This document shows positions 26,662 to 38,615 of a stretch of 64,000 nucleotides of DNA, one piece after another (positions within the stretch are counted from its first letter, which is position 1; each line of letters begins with the position of its first letter). The notes below the pieces were generated by a model. That model had not been told where the DNA came from, searched no databases, and saw nothing but the letters and a program-made list of their open reading frames with translations. The DNA comes from a bacterium (GTDB lineage: Bacteria > Desulfobacterota > DSWW01). The position numbers and the translations under genes were made by a program. Location of the stretch: NCBI GenBank assembly GCA_040756235.1, contig JBFLZG010000132.1, positions 1 to 64,000 of the forward strand. Reading direction: 5' to 3'.

Positions 26662-27051
26662 TCACTTGCAGAGTTTCTGGAAACCGCCCAGAGAGTAGTC
26701 GTTGATGTCCTGGACGGCGTAAAAGTGGGTCCTGTTCCTGGAAAGCGCGCCCGTATTCACATCCACGATGAGGCCGTTCTCGTCGATGTCGTACTTGCCG
26801 ATGTTGGTGGTCAAGGACTCCAGGCAGGCGGGGGGCAGATACTCGCCGGGGTCGTAGCTCAGCTTGCCGACCTGGAGGACGTCCCCCTGCTTGATCCAGT
26901 TCAGCACCGGCTCCGGCAGGAGCCCTTCAGCCTTCTGCCAGTTGGCCCTGTCGATCACGTTCCCGGGCGAGACCTCGGCCGAGGCGCCCGGGGAGACCAG
27001 GGCTGCCAGGAAGAGTGTCGGAAGATAAAGAGCTCTCCTTCTGCTTTCCAT
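26662..27051 (-). pseudogene. Internally deleted DUF1329-like relic (129 aa)
   Basis: Signal peptide + PG.VID..NW...LLP N-terminus joined directly to a DUF1329-like C-terminal tail; much shorter than the 479-aa family member in this window. Confidence 0.55.
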
Positions 27052-27251
27052 CCGTTCTCCCTCTCGAGCTCGCCTCCGTTTCTCCCGCGGCGAGGCGCCC
27101 GGCCGGGAGCTGCGAGCCTCGGCCCCGGGCCGCACGACGTGAGTTACAACTTGTCAGAGCTCCAAGTCAACGGAAATATTACGGCTTCGGGGGGCTGCCG
27201 GAGCTCGGGGGCGGGCAAGCCCCGGGCGGCTGGGGTTATGACCTTTTGTGA

Positions 27252-27280
27252 TTGACGCACGCTGGCGTTTTCCTTATGGT
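27252..27280 (+). promoter_or_regulatory. Putative sigma70 promoter of the SDR gene
   Basis: TTGACG-N17-TATGGT, followed by AAAGGAGG RBS. Confidence 0.55.
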
Positions 27281-27305
27281 GATCCATCCCAAAAGGAGGT
27301 CTCTC

Positions 27306-28127
27306 ATGGAAACGTTTCGAGGCAAGGTGGCCATCGTGACGGGCGGGGCTTCCGGGATAGGGAAATCCCTGTGCCAGGAGCTGGGCAAGGCCGGCGCCGA
27401 CGTGACCGTGACCGACATCAACGAGGACGGTGCGACCAGGGCGGCGGAAGCGGCCCGAAGCGCCGGCGGGCGCGCCTCATCGGCGAAACTGGACGTCAGG
27501 GTCGAAGCGGACGTGCGCGGTCTGATCGACCGGACGGCGGCCGAAAAGGGGCGCCTGGACTACATGTTCAACAATGCCGGGATCGGGGTGGGAGGCGAGG
27601 TCCAGGACATGACCCTGGACCACTGGCGGAGCATCGTGGACGTCAACCTCTGGGGCGTCCTCTACGGGACCCTGGCAGCCTATCAGATCATGATCCGGCA
27701 GGGGTCCGGCCACATCATCAACACGGCCTCCTCGGCGGGCCTCGTCCCCGCACCGCTGCTGACGGCGTACGGCATGACCAAGCACGGCGTGGTGGGGCTG
27801 TCCGTCGGGCTGCGGGCCGAGGGGGCGGGCAAGGGCGTCAAGGTGAGCGTCGTCTGCCCGGGCTTCATCGACACGCCCATCTTCGACAGCACGACTTACG
27901 TGAAAACCGACAAGGAGCGGACCTGGTCGGTCAAACCGCCCTGGATCAAGATGATGAGCGCCGATGCGTGTGCCCGGGACATTCTCAAGGGCGTGGCGCG
28001 CAACAAGGGGATCATTCCGGTCCAGGCGCCGGCCTACATCATGTGGTGGCTCAACCGGCTGAATCCCGGGATCGTCGATGCCCAGATGCGGAATCGGGTC
28101 GAGAAGTACCGGAAGACACCCCGATGA
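27306..28127 (+). CDS. Short-chain dehydrogenase/reductase
   Basis: TGGASGIG, NNAG, YGMTK, VCPGF. Confidence 0.92.
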   Translation: METFRGKVAIVTGGASGIGKSLCQELGKAGADVTVTDINEDGATRAAEAARSAGGRASSAKLDVRVEADVRGLIDRTAAEKGRLDYMFNNAGIGVGGEVQDMTLDHWRSIVDVNLWGVLYGTLAAYQIMIRQGSGHIINTASSAGLVPAPLLTAYGMTKHGVVGLSVGLRAEGAGKGVKVSVVCPGFIDTPIFDSTTYVKTDKERTWSVKPPWIKMMSADACARDILKGVARNKGIIPVQAPAYIMWWLNRLNPGIVDAQMRNRVEKYRKTPR

Positions 28128-28170
28128 CGGAGTGAGGATTGCGGCCAGAGGGCAGGGCACCGACAAGATC

Positions 28171-29028
28171 ATGAGCCGATTGGACGCGATTGAGCTGCGG
28201 CCGCGCAGGGAAGGCATCCTCCGGGTATCCTACAGACTTCTTTCGGGCACGATCCTCGACCGCCTGAGACGGCTCGAGGCCAATTCCCTGATCACCAATT
28301 TCACTCTGCTCCTCGCCTTCCGCTTCGGCCTGCTCGATCTGTCCATCCGCCTCGGGGTGACCTTCCTGCTCAACGTATTCGTCTACTTCATCAACGATTT
28401 CATCGACGTGCAGATCGACCTCGCCTCCGGGACCAAGGACCGGGCCAAGGCCCTCTACCTCCAGGAGCACAGACGGACAGCCTTCGCCCTCATCGCGTGC
28501 GGGAGCGCGGGCCTGCTTCTCCTGACCCTTTTTTACAGTAGGAGCGTCTGCTTCGGCGTCGTTCTGGCTCTGCTGACGACCTTTCTCTACACCGACTACT
28601 TCAAGAACATCCCTTTCCTCGATATCGCCGGCTGCTTCGTGTGGGGGATCGCCATGGCGTGGCCGGCCATCCCCGACTTCTCCTGGGAGGGGATCCGGCT
28701 CGTGCTGCTGATCGGCATCTTTGCCGCCTGTTTTGAGGTGGTCCAGTGCGTCAAGGATTTCGATTCGGATCGAGCGTCCGGCCTGAGGACCACGCCGGTC
28801 GTGCTCGGCATCCCCAAGGCCTTTCTCATCGCTCGATCCCTTTACGTGCTGTCTGCGATCTACACGGTCCTCGTGCTCGGGCAGATACAGGGGGCAGCGC
28901 TCTTGCTTCCGATCCTTTTCAGCACGAAACAGAAGGCGGAATCTTACTGGCTGAAGCTTCGCCTGGTGTTCGGTGCGGTCTGGCTCCTGATCATGGCGAG
29001 GCTCTTCTTCGGGGGGCAAATCGGTTGA
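28171..29028 (+). CDS. UbiA-family membrane prenyltransferase
   Basis: NDFIDVQID and KDFDSD..SG.RT Asp-rich motifs; multiple TMs. Confidence 0.82.
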   Translation: MSRLDAIELRPRREGILRVSYRLLSGTILDRLRRLEANSLITNFTLLLAFRFGLLDLSIRLGVTFLLNVFVYFINDFIDVQIDLASGTKDRAKALYLQEHRRTAFALIACGSAGLLLLTLFYSRSVCFGVVLALLTTFLYTDYFKNIPFLDIAGCFVWGIAMAWPAIPDFSWEGIRLVLLIGIFAACFEVVQCVKDFDSDRASGLRTTPVVLGIPKAFLIARSLYVLSAIYTVLVLGQIQGAALLLPILFSTKQKAESYWLKLRLVFGAVWLLIMARLFFGGQIG

Positions 29029-29217
29029 TGGCCACGCCTACCCGCGGCTAAGGAAAACCGGCCGAACGGCCGATTCTCTTTGCAGTGAACGGACCCCGAG
29101 GGCGCGCCGGTTCTGCTCCAGAAGATCCTGGCTTTTCCCGTCTGTTGTGGCTAGAATGATATTCGGATAGTTCGGATAGAACCAAATTACATTTCTGTCC
29201 TCGGAGAACGTGCGGCC

Positions 29218-31245
29218 ATGAAGGAAAGGGGTAGGAGGTGGTTCGGCTTCTGGATCCTGCTGTGCGGGTTGTTCCTGCTCCACGCCGGAACGGCGTCCGG
29301 CATCTCCACGCCTTCACCCGAGACCTTCCCTCTGCCTGCGGCACTGGAACCCGCGGTCCGGTTTTGGGTGAGGGTTTATGCCCAGTGCGAGTGCAACGAG
29401 TATCTGATTCACGACACGGAGCGCATGGGAGTGGTCTACGAGGTGACGCGGATCGAATCCCTGGATCCCGACCGACCCGACCTGGAGCTGACCCGTTCCC
29501 AGGAGCATTTCCTCGGTTCCAGAAAGGAACATTACAGGATTTTATTAAAAGAGCTCTCGTCTGCGGGCATCGACTATGATCGCCTGACAGGGGACCGGAA
29601 GAAGGTTTTCGATCTGTTCGGAGGCTCCCGGAACCCGCACGTCTACGCGCACGCCGCTGCGAACCTGCGGGCCCAGCGCGGCCAGAAAGCCCGCTTCCGC
29701 CAGGGGCTGATCCGGAGCGGGCGGTACGACCAAGTCATCAGCGATACGCTCCGGGACTACGACGTCCCGGAGGAGCTGCGGGTCCTGCCCCACGCGGAGT
29801 CTTCTTTCAACTACCGCGCCTACTCCTCGGCCGGAGCGGCCGGCATCTGGCAGTTCACCCGGCCTACGGGCAGGCTCTACTTGAAGATCAACCACGATAT
29901 CGACGAGAGGCTGGACCCGATCCTTTCCACCCGGGCGGCCGCGAAGCTGCTCAGCTACAATTACGGCGAGCTGGGTTCCTGGCCCCTGGCCATCACCGCT
30001 TACAACCACGGCCTGGGCGGGATGCAGCGCGCCAGGAGACTGCTCGGCACTTCGGACATCGGCGAGATCGTCTCGCGCTACCAGAGCCCGTACTTCGGCT
30101 TTGCATCGCGGAACTTCTATGCCGAGTTCCTGGCGGCCCTGTATGTGGTCGAGCACTACAGGGACTACTTCGGCGAGGTGAGCTTCGAGCCGCCCCTTCA
30201 GTTCAGAGAGCTGGAGCTGCCTCGATACGTGAAGATCCAGACCCTGGCGCGGAACCTGAACCTCGAGACCGAGGACCTCGCGAACTTCAATCCGGCGCTG
30301 CGAAAACCGATTCTGCAGGGAGCCCGGTCTCTGCCCAAGGGATATCGTCTCAGGGTACCTGCCCAGGTGGAAGCGGAGACCCTGATCGCTCGCATTCCTT
30401 CCAGGGAATGGTCTCAGAAAGAAGGAAACTGGTACCGCGTGGAAAGGGGCGATACCCTGGCCTCCATTGCACGGCGCAACGGGACCTCGGTGGCCACCTT
30501 GGTCGCCCTGAACGAGCTCGCCAGCTCGCGTCTGATCCGAGTGGGACAAATGGTGCGCCTGCCGGAGGAAAAATCGCCCGAGAAGGCTCCCGAACAGGCG
30601 CCCATCCAGACGGCAAGCCTGTCCGAGGGGGCCGCCGCTGCCGACTCGAAGGCGGGCGAGGTCGTGGAGGCCGGCCAGAAGCCACTGATGGCCTCTATGG
30701 TCCCTATCCCTGCCATTGCCGAAGCATCGATCCGCAGGGACGAGCCCCGGAGCCAAGAAGCTTCCAGGGTCGAGGCGGACCCGCCGTCGTCGGGTACGGC
30801 CGGGATCGAGCTCGTCCGGAACAGCCGCCCGAAGGCGGGCTACATCCGAATCGAGCCCGAAGAGACCCTGGGCCACTACGCCGACTGGCTGAACGTGTCG
30901 ATCCGGAAGATCCGCCAGTGGAACCGGCTTTCGAGCAAGGCCCACATCCGCTCGGGTCAGCGGCTCAAGCTGGTGTTCGAGCGGGTCACCCCGGACCAGT
31001 TCCAATCGGCTAGGGTGGCGTACCACCGAGGAATCGAAGAGGATTTTTTCAACAACCACAAGGTGATGAGCACCTTCCCGCACGAGTTGAAGAAGGGAGA
31101 GAGCATCTGGCGTATCTGCAGCCAGTACAACCTTCCCCACTGGCTCATTCTCCGATACAACACACAGCTGGATTCCGGACGCGCCAAACCCGGAGACGTG
31201 ATCCAGATCCCGGATGTGGCGTCGGCGAACCCCACCTCCTCGTAG
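29218..31245 (+). CDS. LysM-containing lytic transglycosylase (MltD-like)
   Basis: PHAES, SSAGAAGIWQF, AITAYNHG; several LysM-like repeats. Confidence 0.9.
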   Translation: MKERGRRWFGFWILLCGLFLLHAGTASGISTPSPETFPLPAALEPAVRFWVRVYAQCECNEYLIHDTERMGVVYEVTRIESLDPDRPDLELTRSQEHFLGSRKEHYRILLKELSSAGIDYDRLTGDRKKVFDLFGGSRNPHVYAHAAANLRAQRGQKARFRQGLIRSGRYDQVISDTLRDYDVPEELRVLPHAESSFNYRAYSSAGAAGIWQFTRPTGRLYLKINHDIDERLDPILSTRAAAKLLSYNYGELGSWPLAITAYNHGLGGMQRARRLLGTSDIGEIVSRYQSPYFGFASRNFYAEFLAALYVVEHYRDYFGEVSFEPPLQFRELELPRYVKIQTLARNLNLETEDLANFNPALRKPILQGARSLPKGYRLRVPAQVEAETLIARIPSREWSQKEGNWYRVERGDTLASIARRNGTSVATLVALNELASSRLIRVGQMVRLPEEKSPEKAPEQAPIQTASLSEGAAAADSKAGEVVEAGQKPLMASMVPIPAIAEASIRRDEPRSQEASRVEADPPSSGTAGIELVRNSRPKAGYIRIEPEETLGHYADWLNVSIRKIRQWNRLSSKAHIRSGQRLKLVFERVTPDQFQSARVAYHRGIEEDFFNNHKVMSTFPHELKKGESIWRICSQYNLPHWLILRYNTQLDSGRAKPGDVIQIPDVASANPTSS

Positions 31246-31271
31246 ACAAAGCCTCCAAAGAATAGCCCTGC

Positions 31272-31349
31272 AGGCAAAAGGCCAAAGGCGAAACGGCAGA
31301 GGGGGCAGACCCCTTCTGCCTTGACCTTTTCCCTTTGACCTTTCACCTC
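31272..31349. repeat. Inverted heptamer tandem repeat, second copy
   Basis: AGGCAAA AGGCCAA AGGCGAA ... TTGACCT TTTCCCT TTGACCT TTCACCT. Confidence 0.6.
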
Positions 31350-31460
31350 TCAGGCGATGCAATTCCCAACCGACGGCCGGAGACGGGCCGCTCTCCCGCA
31401 TTTGACAGCACACGAGCCGGACGTTAAGGTTCGGGGCAGCGCTGACCGGGAAGCTTCGAC

Positions 31461-32075
31461 ATGTCTGTTTGCCTCCTGTTGATCCGCCACGGTGAGACCC
31501 TGTGGAATCGTGAACGACGCTTCCAGGGCTTTGCGGATGTCCCCTTGAGCGAAAGGGGAGAGGAGCAGGCCAGAGCCCTGGGCACGACGCTCGAGAGGGT
31601 CCCCCTCTCAGGCGTGTATTGCTCCGATCTCCGCCGTGCCATCGAAACCGCCGAGCGGATCGCCGAGCCGCACCGCATATCGGTGCAGCCGGATCCCAGG
31701 CTGCGCGAAATGAATCAGGGTTCTCTGGAAGGCAAGGGCCTCCAAGACCTCGTGCGGGAGCACCCGGGACTGCTGGAGCGGTGGATGGCCGATCCGGCGG
31801 ACATCCCGATGCCCGGGGGGGAGTCGCTCCGGTCCGCCCAGTCCCGCGCCTGGGAGGCCATCCTGGAGATCATCGAAAAGCACCGCGATGGGACCGCCGC
31901 AGTCGTGGGACACAATCTCTGCCTCATCACCGTGATCTGCAAGGCCATCGGCCTCGACCTCGTCCATTTCAGGAGCCTTCGGATCGAGAACGGTTCGATC
32001 TCCGAGATCCTCTTCACCGGGCAGGGGCCGGTGCTCGCCCGGATCAACGATATCAAGCACCTGGCAGGCCGTTGA
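31461..32075 (+). CDS. Histidine phosphatase family protein (CobC/PspA-like)
   Basis: RHGETLWN, SDLRRA, LRE, PGGES, VVGH. Confidence 0.9.
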   Translation: MSVCLLLIRHGETLWNRERRFQGFADVPLSERGEEQARALGTTLERVPLSGVYCSDLRRAIETAERIAEPHRISVQPDPRLREMNQGSLEGKGLQDLVREHPGLLERWMADPADIPMPGGESLRSAQSRAWEAILEIIEKHRDGTAAVVGHNLCLITVICKAIGLDLVHFRSLRIENGSISEILFTGQGPVLARINDIKHLAGR

Positions 32076-32212
32076 AAAAGGCCCATCTGCTGCGTTGCGC
32101 TCGTTTATCGTCACTGCGACGTACCGTAAGAGTACGCCTCGTTCCTCGAGCTTCGCGCCTTGCATCTGGACCTTTTGAACGGCCTGCACATTTTGGATTT
32201 TTTTGTGCCTGC
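32065..32212 (+). mobile_element. MITE-like element, copy B (supplies the phosphatase stop codon)
   Basis: CAGGCCGTTGAAAAAGGCCCATCTGC...CCTTGCATCTGGACCTTTTGAACGGCCTG; right end degenerate. Confidence 0.7.
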
Positions 32213-32223
32213 CGACGAGTGGC

Positions 32224-33186
32224 TCATTCGACCCCCGGGGGCATGGGCGGTTCCTGGTCTTCCGTGCGGGCTTTGCCCAGGGCGGCCGCCATGGAACCCG
32301 CGACCACGAGGACCGCTCCGGCACAGGCGAGGGGGCTCAGCTCTTCAGCGGGGACGACCTGCGGCCACAGGGCGGACCCGATGCCGGCCATGAGCAGCGT
32401 GGCAAGCGGAGTCATGGAGATGACCGCGCTCACCCTGGATGCCTCCCAGTGGGCGAGCGCCTCGGAGAAAGCCCCGTACGCAACGATGGTGTTGAGCGCG
32501 CAGAATGCCAGGAGCCAGAGGCGCAGCGGCCCCAGATCCAGGATCTGCGCCGGGGCCGCGCCCGGGAGCAGCAAGAGGGTGCTTCCGCAGTAGATGACGA
32601 CGAGCACCGCCGCTGACGACATGAAGTGGAGCAGCTGCTTCTGGGCCAGCGCGTAGGCGGCCCACGTGACGGCCGCCGCCCCCAGAAGAGCAACGCCGGC
32701 AGTGTACCGGCCGAGCCCCAGAAACACCTCGCCCAGCCGGTCGTGAAGGAACAGGAGCATCCCCGAGGCCATCACCAGGAGGCCGAGCCACTGGATCCTG
32801 CTGAATCGTTCCCGGAAGAAGAAGAGGAATCCGAGCATGGCGCTCGCCGGCGCGAGCTGAATCATCACCTGGGCGGCTTCCGGCGACGTTCGCTCCAATC
32901 CGAGGATGTAGAGAACATAGTTGCTGCCCAGACCCAGGACGGCGACCAGCAGCAGCAGATAGACCGAGGAGGGGTGGCCCCGCAGACCCGGGAGCTGTCC
33001 GCGGGCCGCAAGGTAGGAGCCCAGCAGGACGGCCGACACGACGAACCGGTACCAGGTGATGGTGAGGGCATCCATTCTCTCGAGGGTGACGTCGAGGGCG
33101 ATCGGGAGAGCGCCCCACATGCACGCGGTCAGGAGCGAGAGGCTGAGGCCCAGTTGCCAGCGTCCGGTCGGGCGATGCAGCGCCAT
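32224..33186 (-). CDS. DMT/EamA-family transporter
   Basis: Two EamA repeats, about 10 TMs, FFRERF. Confidence 0.88.
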   Translation of the reverse strand: MALHRPTGRWQLGLSLSLLTACMWGALPIALDVTLERMDALTITWYRFVVSAVLLGSYLAARGQLPGLRGHPSSVYLLLLVAVLGLGSNYVLYILGLERTSPEAAQVMIQLAPASAMLGFLFFFRERFSRIQWLGLLVMASGMLLFLHDRLGEVFLGLGRYTAGVALLGAAAVTWAAYALAQKQLLHFMSSAAVLVVIYCGSTLLLLPGAAPAQILDLGPLRLWLLAFCALNTIVAYGAFSEALAHWEASRVSAVISMTPLATLLMAGIGSALWPQVVPAEELSPLACAGAVLVVAGSMAAALGKARTEDQEPPMPPGVE

Positions 33187-33350
33187 CCAGAGATCTCTCG
33201 TGTTCGGGGATGCAAACCACAAAGTATAGGCAAGCCGGGGCGCCTGTTCAAATCAGGTCCCTGGGATCCTGAAGCTGAAGGCTGAAGCGTGCGCAGATTC
33301 ATGCGCATGTTCTCCGCAGGGAGCCACCTGCCTGCGATGGAGAGGGCGAA

Positions 33351-34076
33351 ATGGAAACGATACTCCTCGAGGACATTCCATTCGGCGTCGACGGGACGCG
33401 GATCGAACGCTTCCTGGGGAAAGGGGCGGCGTCAGGAAGAGGCGCTTTCGGGGAAGGACTGCGACACATGGCCGACCAGGCGCTCGCCATCGGCAGACCG
33501 AAGGCCCTGTACCGGGTCTGCCGGATCTCGTCCCGGGGCGAGGATTTCGTGGCGCTCGAGGGGCAGACTTTCAGGAGCCGCGTCCTTGCGGTGAACCTGG
33601 AGAAGGCCTACCGGGTCTTTCCCTTCGTGGCGACCTGCGGCAAGGATCTGGAAAACTGGTCGGCGTCCTTCGGCGCGGAGAACGAGAAGATGCTGGCCCG
33701 CCTCGTCGCCATGGCGGCGCTGGAGGCGGCCGTTCACGCCCTTTCCTCCCATATCCGCGAACACCACCATCCGAGCGGGATTTCCATGATGAACCCGGGC
33801 TCGCTCCAGGACTGGCCCATGGCCGAGCAGCGGGCGCTCTTCGCCCTGCTGGGCGACACCGGATCCGCAATCGGCGTGCGCCTCAAGGAGAACCTTCTCA
33901 TGGAGCCGGAGATGTCCGCTTCGGGCCTCTGGTTCCCGACCGGGCAGAGCTTCGAGAGCTGCATGCTGTGCTCCATGGAGGCGTGTCCGGGAAGGAGGGC
34001 CCCATACGACCGTGAGCTCTTCGACAGGAAATACCGCAAGCGCAGCGGTGGTGGCGAGCCGGAGCCGGCGGGATAG
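33351..34076 (+). CDS. Stand-alone B12-dependent methionine synthase activation-domain-like protein
   Basis: FPFVATCG, MNPGSL.DW...EQ..LF, P..S.SG, C-terminal C..C....C..RRA. Confidence 0.72.
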   Translation: METILLEDIPFGVDGTRIERFLGKGAASGRGAFGEGLRHMADQALAIGRPKALYRVCRISSRGEDFVALEGQTFRSRVLAVNLEKAYRVFPFVATCGKDLENWSASFGAENEKMLARLVAMAALEAAVHALSSHIREHHHPSGISMMNPGSLQDWPMAEQRALFALLGDTGSAIGVRLKENLLMEPEMSASGLWFPTGQSFESCMLCSMEACPGRRAPYDRELFDRKYRKRSGGGEPEPAG

Positions 34077-34125
34077 CCGTCACTCGTCGGTCGTTCTGCA
34101 CGGGGGGCGCAGGGCCGGCCGGATC

Positions 34126-34185
34126 GAAAGCTGACAACTGACTGCTCTCTTAACGGGACGGCCTGAAGCCTGAGAGCTGAAAGCT
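34126..34185. repeat. Heptamer tandem repeats (CTGANAR-like)
   Basis: GCTGACAACTGACTG ... CCTGAAGCCTGAGAGCTGAAAGCT; similar run at 33269-33288. Confidence 0.45.
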
Positions 34186-34711
34186 ATTTTTCCGGCGCTC
34201 GACACTTTCTCAGGTCGAGCTCGAACTTCTGCTCGGTGAGCCGCCGCCCCCATTGATCGACGTCGTGCTCTTCGGCGATCCGGAATCCGTTGGCCTCGTA
34301 CAGGGCGCGAGCGGCGTCGAGCCCCCTGAACGTCCACAGATAGATCTTGCCGTGACCGGCCTGGCAGCTGAAGTCCACGGCTTGTCTCACCAGCGTCTTG
34401 CCGATGCCCAGACCCTGCAGCACGGGGGGAACGATGAGCCATCTGAGCCTGGCGCCCTCCTTGCCCGCGCCGCGACCGTCGACGGCGACGCTGCCCGCGA
34501 AGGCTCCCTCCACGCCGGCCAGCCAGAGACCGTCCCGTCCGGCCCGGAACTCCTCGAGGAATCCCGCCAGCTCACTGGCGACCTGAATCTCGAAGGAGAG
34601 ATCGAGACCCCAATGCTCGTGGTAGTACGCGGCGTGGAGCTCCGTGATCCTGCCGATGGCCCCGGGTCGGTATCCGGTAAGCTCGAGCCGGCTCAGCCCA
34701 TCTTGCCTCAT
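34184..34711 (-). CDS. GNAT-family acetyltransferase
   Basis: ARLRWLIV.P..QGLGIG, LWT...L.AA..LY...GF; start moved to 34711 because the upstream part lies in a MITE. Confidence 0.88.
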   Translation of the reverse strand: MRQDGLSRLELTGYRPGAIGRITELHAAYYHEHWGLDLSFEIQVASELAGFLEEFRAGRDGLWLAGVEGAFAGSVAVDGRGAGKEGARLRWLIVPPVLQGLGIGKTLVRQAVDFSCQAGHGKIYLWTFRGLDAARALYEANGFRIAEEHDVDQWGRRLTEQKFELDLRKCRAPEK

Positions 34712-34728
34712 GCAGGCCTTCCCGTCAG

Positions 34729-34913
34729 GAGGCGGTCGATAAACGCCCATCTGCGGCGTTGCGCTCATGGCGTATGGGGGCGGGGGAGCCTGCCCCGGCG
34801 AAGGCCGGGGTCCCCAGTGACTCCCAGCTACGCCTCATTCCTCGGGATTTTCGCGCGCCTTGCATCTGGGCATTTCTCAACAGCCTCTCAAGAGGGTGTT
34901 TTTCGACACCCTC
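34729..34913 (+). mobile_element. MITE-like element, copy C, TCAG target duplication
   Basis: TCAG|GAGGCGGTCGATAAAC...GTTTTTCGACACCCTC|TCAG. Confidence 0.8.
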
Positions 34914-35117
34914 TCAGAAGGTTCGGTCTCGGGCAAGCTGCGCCCGCTTGCCCGCCCATCGATCCAAGGCAATCCTAGGGGAGCTCCGCCCGACGGTCAA
35001 CAGAGCGGAAGGTTGCCTCCGGTAGTCCTGCTGCCTGGCTCGCCCCGTCGTCCGAGTGCGGCCGGATGAATGCGCCGGCAGTTGGTGTTAAAATGAAATA
35101 TAGAAAGGGAAGGAGGG

Positions 35118-35468
35118 ATGAAGGTCATGCGGAAAAGATCGCTCGTGGTGATTGCGGTACTGGCCCTCTCCGTTGTTCCGGCGGCGGACGCGTCCGGTTT
35201 CCGCTGCGGCACCAGCCTGATCACGAACGGGGACCTCAAGGCGCGGGTGCTCGCCGAGTGCGGCGAGCCCACATGGGTGGAAAGGATATACGATGCCGTC
35301 ATCGTGGAACGAGGCGGCATTTTCTGGCCGCTGGCCGTGGATGAAGAATGGATTTACAACCTCGGGCCCCAGGAGTTCGTCCGCATCCTCCGATTCCGGG
35401 ACGGCCGTGTCGTGGACATCGGGCACGGTGATTACGGATGGAACCAGAGCAATCGCACAGCCCGTTGA
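35118..35468 (+). CDS. DUF2845-family small exported protein
   Basis: Signal peptide, FRCG..LI..GD....VL..CGEP, EEWIYNLGP. Confidence 0.8.
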   Translation: MKVMRKRSLVVIAVLALSVVPAADASGFRCGTSLITNGDLKARVLAECGEPTWVERIYDAVIVERGGIFWPLAVDEEWIYNLGPQEFVRILRFRDGRVVDIGHGDYGWNQSNRTAR

Positions 35469-35548
35469 GGGCGGCGAGAGGGATTTCTGATCATCGCCTT
35501 TGGTTGCTCCTGCCGACCCGCGGTCCGCTGGCCAGCGTCGCTGAGCAG

Positions 35549-35591
35549 GAACGAGCCGAACGCAGCAGATGAGGCGTTTTTCAACAGCCTG
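35549..35591 (-). mobile_element. MITE-like element, copy D (one end only)
   Basis: Near-exact reverse complement of the first ~42 nt of copy A; abuts the hemW TAG stop. Confidence 0.7.
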
Positions 35592-35592
35592 C

Positions 35593-36695
35593 CTAACCCC
35601 AGAGGACCTGCGCGAAGATCGGGTTTGCGGTGAGGACGCGGGAGGGCGCCAGCCGGTATCTCAGGCCGTCGAAACGGAGCGCACCTTCTCGGGCCATCCG
35701 TTCGAGACGGCCGATGAGCTCGGCCCCTTCGACCGCGGGCGTCCGGCGGAGAAACGGGACAGCTTCAACACCTTCCTCCAGCAGCCGGAGACGCAACATG
35801 GCTTCCTCGGCCAGCTTTTCCCCGGCGCTGCACGTTTCCGGCTCGCCTGCGCAGCCTTCCGGATCTCTCAGATAGGCAACCAGGTCTTTAGCATTCCTGG
35901 AGCGGATGCCGTTCACATGCGACGCGGCCGCAGGCCCCAGTCCCAGGTACTCGCCTGCCCGCCAATAGTTCAGATTGTGCAGGCACGCGTGGCCGGGCTT
36001 TGCGAAGTTCGAGATCTCGTAGTGCTCGAACCCGGCTCGTCGAAGCAACGATCTTGCCCGGTGATAGCCGTCCGCCTGAGCGTCGTCACTCGGCAGATCG
36101 TCCGGCGGATGCCTTTCCAGCGGGGTCCCGGGTTCGAGGGTGAGGCAGTAGAGAGAAACGTGATCGAGCCCGAGCCCGGCAAGCTCTTCCAGGGTGCGCC
36201 GAAGGCTCGGCCAGTCCTGGCCCGGAAGACCCACGATCACGTCCGCGGAGACATGCGGGAAGCCCAGGGCCTTGGCCAGCCGGACGACCGCAGTCGCCTG
36301 CGCCGCCGTGTGGAGCCTGCCGGCCCTTGTGAGCTCGCGATCGGAGAGGGACTGGAGCCCGATCGAGATCCGGTCGATTCTCGAATCGGCGGCCGTCTGC
36401 AGGAGCTCCCGGGTGGCGGAATCGGGATTGACTTCGATGGTGGCCTCCGACAGCCCGCGCAGGTCGAAGATCCCGGACAGGCCGTCGACGAGCTTGCGCA
36501 GCCCGCCGGGCCCGAGAAGGCTGGGGGTCCCGCCCCCGATGTACAGCGTCCGGAACGACCGGCCCGCATGGCTGCGGGCCTCGGTGAGCACGGCGTCCAG
36601 GAAAGGATCGATCCATCCGGATCGGCCCGGCACGGAGTAGAAGTCGCAGTAGGCGCATTTCCGGACACAGAAGGGGACGTGGACGTAGAGCCCTC

Positions 36696-36699
<4 letters not shown>
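35593..36699 (-). CDS. hemW: Radical SAM heme chaperone HemW (HemN-like)
   Basis: LYVHVPFCVRKCAYCDF, GGGTPS, YEISNF, HNLNYW; ATGA-coupled to lepA. Confidence 0.9.
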
Positions 36700-38492
<1,793 letters not shown>

Positions 38493-38615
38493 GGATGACG
38501 CTTTCTCGGGACGCGAACCGCGTGAGGTCGGGGGCAGGCAGCACCGAGGCTTCTGACTCGAGTTTCAGCCGCCTTCTTTGTTGACCCCCTCTCGCCGGGG
38601 AAGTCCCGGGGGGGA

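Noticed and set aside
34712..34768. N-terminal extension of the GNAT ORF
   Set aside because: Encoded largely by MITE copy C; ATG at 34711 fits the family better
38505..38560. Resemblance to SRP RNA domain IV (GAACC..GAGGTC...GCAGCA)
   Set aside because: No GNRA tetraloop, the apical stem does not pair, and spacing is one base short
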